A stretch of DNA of 64,000 bases from Chitinophagaceae bacterium. GTDB taxonomy: Bacteria > Bacteroidota > Bacteroidia > Chitinophagales > Chitinophagaceae. Shown here piece by piece: positions 59,355-64,000 of the stretch (position 1 is the stretch's first letter; every line of letters starts with the position of its first letter). The stretch is from positions 689-64,688 of the forward strand of contig CANBQT010000009.1 of assembly GCA_947371755.1 (NCBI GenBank), read 5' to 3'. The translations under genes and the position numbers were made by a program. Under the pieces are notes generated by a model, which saw only the letters and a list, made by a program, of their open reading frames with translations, did not search any database and was not told where the DNA came from.

Positions 59355-59693
59355 ATGTACACCCAGATTTGGAGCAAATACCTGCCTATTATTAAGATCT
59401 TATTAAAGCGTTCTGCCAATGGCAATCAAACGCTGGAATTAAACAGGATTGACTTTGAAAGAGCTGGAACAGGCCGCAAAGCTGGTTATAAATTTTTAAT
59501 AGAATTTGTATCAGGAAGAACAATAAATGTATTGAGTGGAATACCTCTAGCTAAAGATTTAGCAGATACCATGCTAGCTGATGTGGCTATCAAAGAAATC
59601 TTATTAAAAGGAAACTACGAAGTGGCTTTGAATACACGTTTTCAATTAAGTATTAAAAACGTTACACCAGCAGCTACTACAGAAGAAGCATAA
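59355..59693 (+). CDS. Conserved hypothetical protein
   Basis: MYTQIWSKYLPIIKILLKRS...DFERAGTGRKAGYKF; coherent 112-aa ORF followed by a terminator. Confidence 0.7.
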   Translation: MYTQIWSKYLPIIKILLKRSANGNQTLELNRIDFERAGTGRKAGYKFLIEFVSGRTINVLSGIPLAKDLADTMLADVAIKEILLKGNYEVALNTRFQLSIKNVTPAATTEEA

Positions 59694-59706
59694 TGTAACC
59701 CCAAAT

Positions 59707-59743
59707 AAAAAAAATACCTCCTATGTTGGGAGGTATTTTTTTT
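59707..59743. terminator. Bidirectional intrinsic terminator
   Basis: aaaaaaaatacctcc-tatgttg-ggaggtatttttttt. Confidence 0.85.
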
Positions 59744-59797
59744 GTCATTATTTTTTTGGGGCAATTTAGTTTTGCCTTTTGAATTTCGAATTTTTAC

Positions 59798-60841
59798 TTA
59801 CAATGTACTCATATCAATCACAAATCGATATTTCACGTCGGATTTGATCACTCTCTCATAAGCTGCATTGATATCTTTCATAGCTATCAATTCAATATCA
59901 GATACGATATGGTGTTCAGCACAATAGTCCAGCATCTCCTGTGTTTCCTTAATTCCGCCAATCATCGAACCCATGATACTCCTTCTCTTAGAAATTAATT
60001 TAGCAGCACTGATTCTGCTGTCTTCTGGAGGAATGCCCACTAATAACATAGTACCATTCACTTTCAAGAGATTCAGGAATTTATTCATGTCATGAGGGGC
60101 TGCTACCGTATTTAATATATAGTCAAAACTATTAGCTGCTGCTTTCATGGCTGCCTCATCAGTTGACAAAATAAAATGTTGCGCGCCTAATTTTTTGGCA
60201 TCTGCTTCTTTGGAAGGGCTGGTACTTAACATGGTAACTTCTGCTCCAAATGATGCAGCAAACTTAACTGCCATATGTCCTAAACCGCCCAAACCAAGCA
60301 CTGCAACTTTATGACCCTTCCCTACTCCTGCGTAACGAAGCGGTGACCAGGTAGTAATACCAGCACATAATAAAGGTGCTACCGCTTCCAGATTAGAAGT
60401 AAACGGAACCCTTAAAGTATAATGTTCGTTTACAACAATGCGACTTGAATAGCCACCATAAGCAACCGTTTTCCCATCACGCTCATAACCATTATAGGTA
60501 CCTGTCATCCCATTTTCACAATACTGTTCCAGATCTGTTTTACAACAATCGCAGGTTCTGCAAGAATCAACGAATACACCAACACCTGCAAAATCTCCTA
60601 CCTTAAATTTGGTAACTCCTGCACCTACCTCAGCAACACGACCAACAATTTCATGTCCTGGCACTAATGGGTATAAAGCCGGTCCCCACTCACTTCGGGC
60701 CATATGAATATCTGAATGACAAACACCACAATATAAAATGTCGATCAACACATCCATTTCTCCCACTGCTCTTCTTTCAAAAGCAAAAGGTTCTAACTCT
60801 GTTGATTTACTAAGGGCTGCATAAGATTTAACTGGAATCAT
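59798..60841 (-). CDS. Zn-dependent NAD(P) alcohol dehydrogenase (cinnamyl-ADH/YahK-like)
   Basis: CGVCHSD, GHEIVG, SCRTCDCC..EQYC, PLLCAGIT, GLGGLG, KYRFVID. Confidence 0.95.
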   Translation of the reverse strand: MIPVKSYAALSKSTELEPFAFERRAVGEMDVLIDILYCGVCHSDIHMARSEWGPALYPLVPGHEIVGRVAEVGAGVTKFKVGDFAGVGVFVDSCRTCDCCKTDLEQYCENGMTGTYNGYERDGKTVAYGGYSSRIVVNEHYTLRVPFTSNLEAVAPLLCAGITTWSPLRYAGVGKGHKVAVLGLGGLGHMAVKFAASFGAEVTMLSTSPSKEADAKKLGAQHFILSTDEAAMKAAANSFDYILNTVAAPHDMNKFLNLLKVNGTMLLVGIPPEDSRISAAKLISKRRSIMGSMIGGIKETQEMLDYCAEHHIVSDIELIAMKDINAAYERVIKSDVKYRFVIDMSTL

Positions 60842-61049
60842 ATCTATGTTTTTATAATTAATGTATTAATAAATTGTTGGGTTCTGCCTTATTCGGGTTT
60901 CAAGTTAGTATTAAAATCAGTTGCAAATTATAACACAAATGATTTTACTTTGTAAAGCCTCAAAATTATACATTTCAATCTTTACAATAGGCTTACTTTA
61001 TTATAACAGTATTGAAAACGTTTTGTTTAATTTTTAAATTACTGATTGA

Positions 61050-61661
61050 ATGCGTGAAAAAGAAAAGAAAAAAGCTAATCCCTTTCTGATATTCACCGTG
61101 CTTTTGTTAGTAGTTATAGTAACTATTTTTATAATTAGGATTACTTTATTTACTCCTAAAGAAACAATTGTTACTATTGAAAAAGATCTTCCAAACACCG
61201 AAATCAAAACTTTAAAAGATAGTAGTAGTTTAACCAAAGTTGACCCGGAAGAAAAAAATCAGAATTACCGTAAAAACTGGAGAGACTATATTTCTATTGC
61301 CATTTTAAACAAAGATGTAGATTATACCATTGCTCCTGATGGGAAGGTTACCAACTTAAACGTGCCTTTAATCAATAAAACGGAGTATCCAATCGAGTCT
61401 ATTACAATCAAAGTAAACTATATCAATCCTGGTAATAGCTCCATGGAAACCAAAAATTTCGAAGTGAAGAATTTATTGCCTGGAAACAGAACAAGCTACC
61501 CTGGACCAGAAAGTAAAGTAAAAGGAGTAACAGTGATGTGTGAAATAATTAAAATACATTCTGCCAATTTCAATTTCTGTTTTGATAAAGATTTATCTAT
61601 AGATTCACAATCAAACGGAGGATTTAGTGGCAACCCCTTAGATCCCTGGAAGTGTAAATAA
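61050..61661 (+). CDS. Hypothetical membrane-anchored protein with Ig-like (FxLYD-like) domain
   Basis: N-terminal TM helix; L.NKTEYPIESI.IKV.Y...KNLLPG beta-sandwich pattern. Confidence 0.6.
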   Translation: MREKEKKKANPFLIFTVLLLVVIVTIFIIRITLFTPKETIVTIEKDLPNTEIKTLKDSSSLTKVDPEEKNQNYRKNWRDYISIAILNKDVDYTIAPDGKVTNLNVPLINKTEYPIESITIKVNYINPGNSSMETKNFEVKNLLPGNRTSYPGPESKVKGVTVMCEIIKIHSANFNFCFDKDLSIDSQSNGGFSGNPLDPWKCK

Positions 61662-61677
61662 TTTAAATGCTGCTATT

Positions 61678-63849
61678 TTGACCAAACTAACCCTTACTGT
61701 TTTTTTTATTAGCATATCGTTATGCCTTTTTGCACAGAAGAAAAATAGCAACTTCAGGATCCATATTCGCAAAACTCATGCTCCCATTACAATAGATGGT
61801 ACTATGGACGACGCTGCATGGCAAGAGGCCTCAGCAGTAAAAACCTTTTATAGGGTACTCCCCATGGATACTGGTGTTGCAAAGGTTCCAACAGAAGTAC
61901 GTATGTGTTTTGATGATCAAAATATATATATCCTGGCCATCTGTACAAAGACTTTCAAAGGTGCGGATATGGTGGAATCATTGAGACCAGATTTTAATTT
62001 TGTTAAGAACGACAACTTCATTTTTTTCTTAGACCCGTTCGATGATCAAACAAGCGGGTTTACTTTTGGAGCAAATGCCGCAGGTGCGCAATGGGATGGT
62101 ACCCTATACGAAGGAGGTAAGGCTGATTTGAATTGGGATAGCAAATGGTACTCTGTTGTAAAGTCTGACAAAGACAAATATGTATTTGAAGCTTCTATCC
62201 CATTTAAAACCATTCGTTACAAAAAAGGATTGAAAGAGTGGGGCATTAATTTTAGTAGAAATGATTTAAAGTCGACCGAAAAGTCAAGCTGGGCACCTGT
62301 TCCGCGACAGTTTCCAACGGCTTCCTTAGCTTATACTGGGGTATTGGAATGGGATGAACCACCTCCAGCACAAGGAACAAATTTTTCATTGATCCCCTAT
62401 TTATTAGGAGGCGTTTCAAAAGATAATAATACCGGCAACTCAAGTAACTGGAAATCGGATGTTGGTCTCGATGCAAAATTAGCCGTAACCTCTTCCCTCA
62501 ATTTAGACCTCACTATACACCCTGATTTTTCGCAGGTTGAAGTAGATAAACAAGTTGTAAATCTGAGTCGCTTCGAATTGTTCTTTCCTGAAAAGAGGCA
62601 GTTCTTTTTAGAGAACAGCGATATATTCGGAAACTTTGGCTATTCATCTATCAGACCTTTCTTTTCCCGTCGGATCGGACTCGACGCTCCTATATCTGCG
62701 GGTGGTAGGTTAAGCGGAAAAATTGATAAGAATTGGAGAGTTGGTGTAATGGACATGCAAACAGAAAGTGTGCCTCAAACTGGAATGCCGAAAGAAAATT
62801 ATGCAGTGATGGTTTTGCAAAGAAAAGTGTTCAGCCGATCAAATATTGGAATTATCTACGTAGATAAAACAGCCGTAGGATCAGTTGTAGATTCTTTAAA
62901 AAATAAATTCAGCGCCTATAACCGAAACATTGGTTTGGAATATAATCTTGCCTCTGCAAATAATATCCTTACTGGTAAGTTTTTATATCTGAAATCATTT
63001 AGTCCAACTACTACAAACAATAACGATGTAGTATCTGGTAACCTGGTATACAATAGCAGAAAGTGGAACCTTTCTTTACAGGAAGAATATGTGGGCAAAA
63101 GCTACACAGCAGAAGTGGGTTATGTTCCACGCAATGGTTACTTCAGATTAAATCCGCAATTGACAAGAAATTATTTCCCCAGATCAGGTAATATATTAAG
63201 TCACGGCCCTCAATTGGTTGCCAACTTTTATTATGATCAAAATTTAACACACACTACAGATAACCAGGTTGCTGCTTCTTATATTTTAAAATTTCGCAAT
63301 AGCACCACTGTTTCTGGAATTGTGTTACACGACTATGTAGAAATTCTCAAACCCTTTGATCCAACCAATACAGGAAAAGATTCTTTAGCGGTGGGCACGA
63401 AACATAATTGGACTACTGCTGGTTTTGATCTTCTATCAAAACCTCAGCAATTATTTACCTATCTTATTTCAATAAGATATGGAGGGTACTATGCTAATGG
63501 AACTTTATTTAATATATCAAGTGAACTGGGTTATCGCATACAACCCTATTGCAGTATTGCTTTAACCTCGGCTTATTATATGCTAAACCTTCCTAAGCCA
63601 TGGGGAAACAATGCGTATCTTTTAATGGGACCAAAGATTGATCTTACCCTCACTAATCGTTTTTTTTATACCACCTATATTCAATACAATCAGCAACAGA
63701 ATAACTTTAATTTGAATATGCGTTTACAATGGCGATATAAACCTGCCTCTGATTTGTTCTTAGTGTATTCAAATAACTATTACGCTACCCCTTTTGTTAC
63801 AAAGAATAACGCGTTCGTCTTAAAATTTACCTACTGGTGGAATAAATAA
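61678..63849 (+). CDS. CBM9-like + DUF5916 outer-membrane protein
   Basis: IDGTMDDAAW, E.SIPFKTIRY, WGINF.R, PDFSQVEVD, FFPEKRQFFLE, FFSRRIGL, C-terminal KFTYWW. Confidence 0.85.
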   Translation: MTKLTLTVFFISISLCLFAQKKNSNFRIHIRKTHAPITIDGTMDDAAWQEASAVKTFYRVLPMDTGVAKVPTEVRMCFDDQNIYILAICTKTFKGADMVESLRPDFNFVKNDNFIFFLDPFDDQTSGFTFGANAAGAQWDGTLYEGGKADLNWDSKWYSVVKSDKDKYVFEASIPFKTIRYKKGLKEWGINFSRNDLKSTEKSSWAPVPRQFPTASLAYTGVLEWDEPPPAQGTNFSLIPYLLGGVSKDNNTGNSSNWKSDVGLDAKLAVTSSLNLDLTIHPDFSQVEVDKQVVNLSRFELFFPEKRQFFLENSDIFGNFGYSSIRPFFSRRIGLDAPISAGGRLSGKIDKNWRVGVMDMQTESVPQTGMPKENYAVMVLQRKVFSRSNIGIIYVDKTAVGSVVDSLKNKFSAYNRNIGLEYNLASANNILTGKFLYLKSFSPTTTNNNDVVSGNLVYNSRKWNLSLQEEYVGKSYTAEVGYVPRNGYFRLNPQLTRNYFPRSGNILSHGPQLVANFYYDQNLTHTTDNQVAASYILKFRNSTTVSGIVLHDYVEILKPFDPTNTGKDSLAVGTKHNWTTAGFDLLSKPQQLFTYLISIRYGGYYANGTLFNISSELGYRIQPYCSIALTSAYYMLNLPKPWGNNAYLLMGPKIDLTLTNRFFYTTYIQYNQQQNNFNLNMRLQWRYKPASDLFLVYSNNYYATPFVTKNNAFVLKFTYWWNK

Positions 63850-63930
63850 TTTGCTTAGAATCAGTAAAGGATAGTTGTATCTTTAAAAGGAGTTTTTATT
63901 ACAACAACTTATACTAACGATTAGCCAATT

Positions 63931-64000
63931 ATGAAAAAACAGATTTTACTATTTGTTGCATCATTCCTATGCATTGCATCAGGATTTTCACAAACCTCCG
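63931..64000 (+). CDS. Start of a secreted protein (partial, runs off window end)
   Basis: MKKQILLFVASFLCIASGFSQTS..., a signal peptide. Confidence 0.7.
   Translation, partial: MKKQILLFVASFLCIASGFSQTS

Overview
AT-rich, densely packed bacterial chromosomal window. It is almost certainly Bacteroidota, with a Chitinophagaceae-like gene set: a T9SS type-B cargo protein, TAnnTTTG-type promoter boxes and weak SD signals. It holds about 60 intact CDSs and no tRNA, rRNA, CRISPR array, IS or phage genes that I can recognise. Main modules: periplasmic sugar-processing enzymes (Gfo/Idh/MocA, DUF1080, TIM-barrel isomerase, two GH3); a three-gene operon of a QPP-ending leader-like ORF, an outer-membrane barrel and a duplicated PAP2/vanadium-haloperoxidase-like lipoprotein; an arsR-arsM-arsC operon with two operator copies and no efflux pump, followed by twin barrel paralogues; a D-aminoacylase/DUF1611/dipeptide-epimerase/APC-permease operon next to MFS-acs; a FIST plus hybrid kinase pair; and housekeeping genes (corA, recQ, nucleoid-associated protein). 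Four small gene remnants sit in apparent intergenic space and are missed or mis-called by the ORF track: an NrtR C-terminus, two VOC N-termini, and an internally deleted SMP-30 lactonase. All family assignments come from motif recognition by eye, not database searches.
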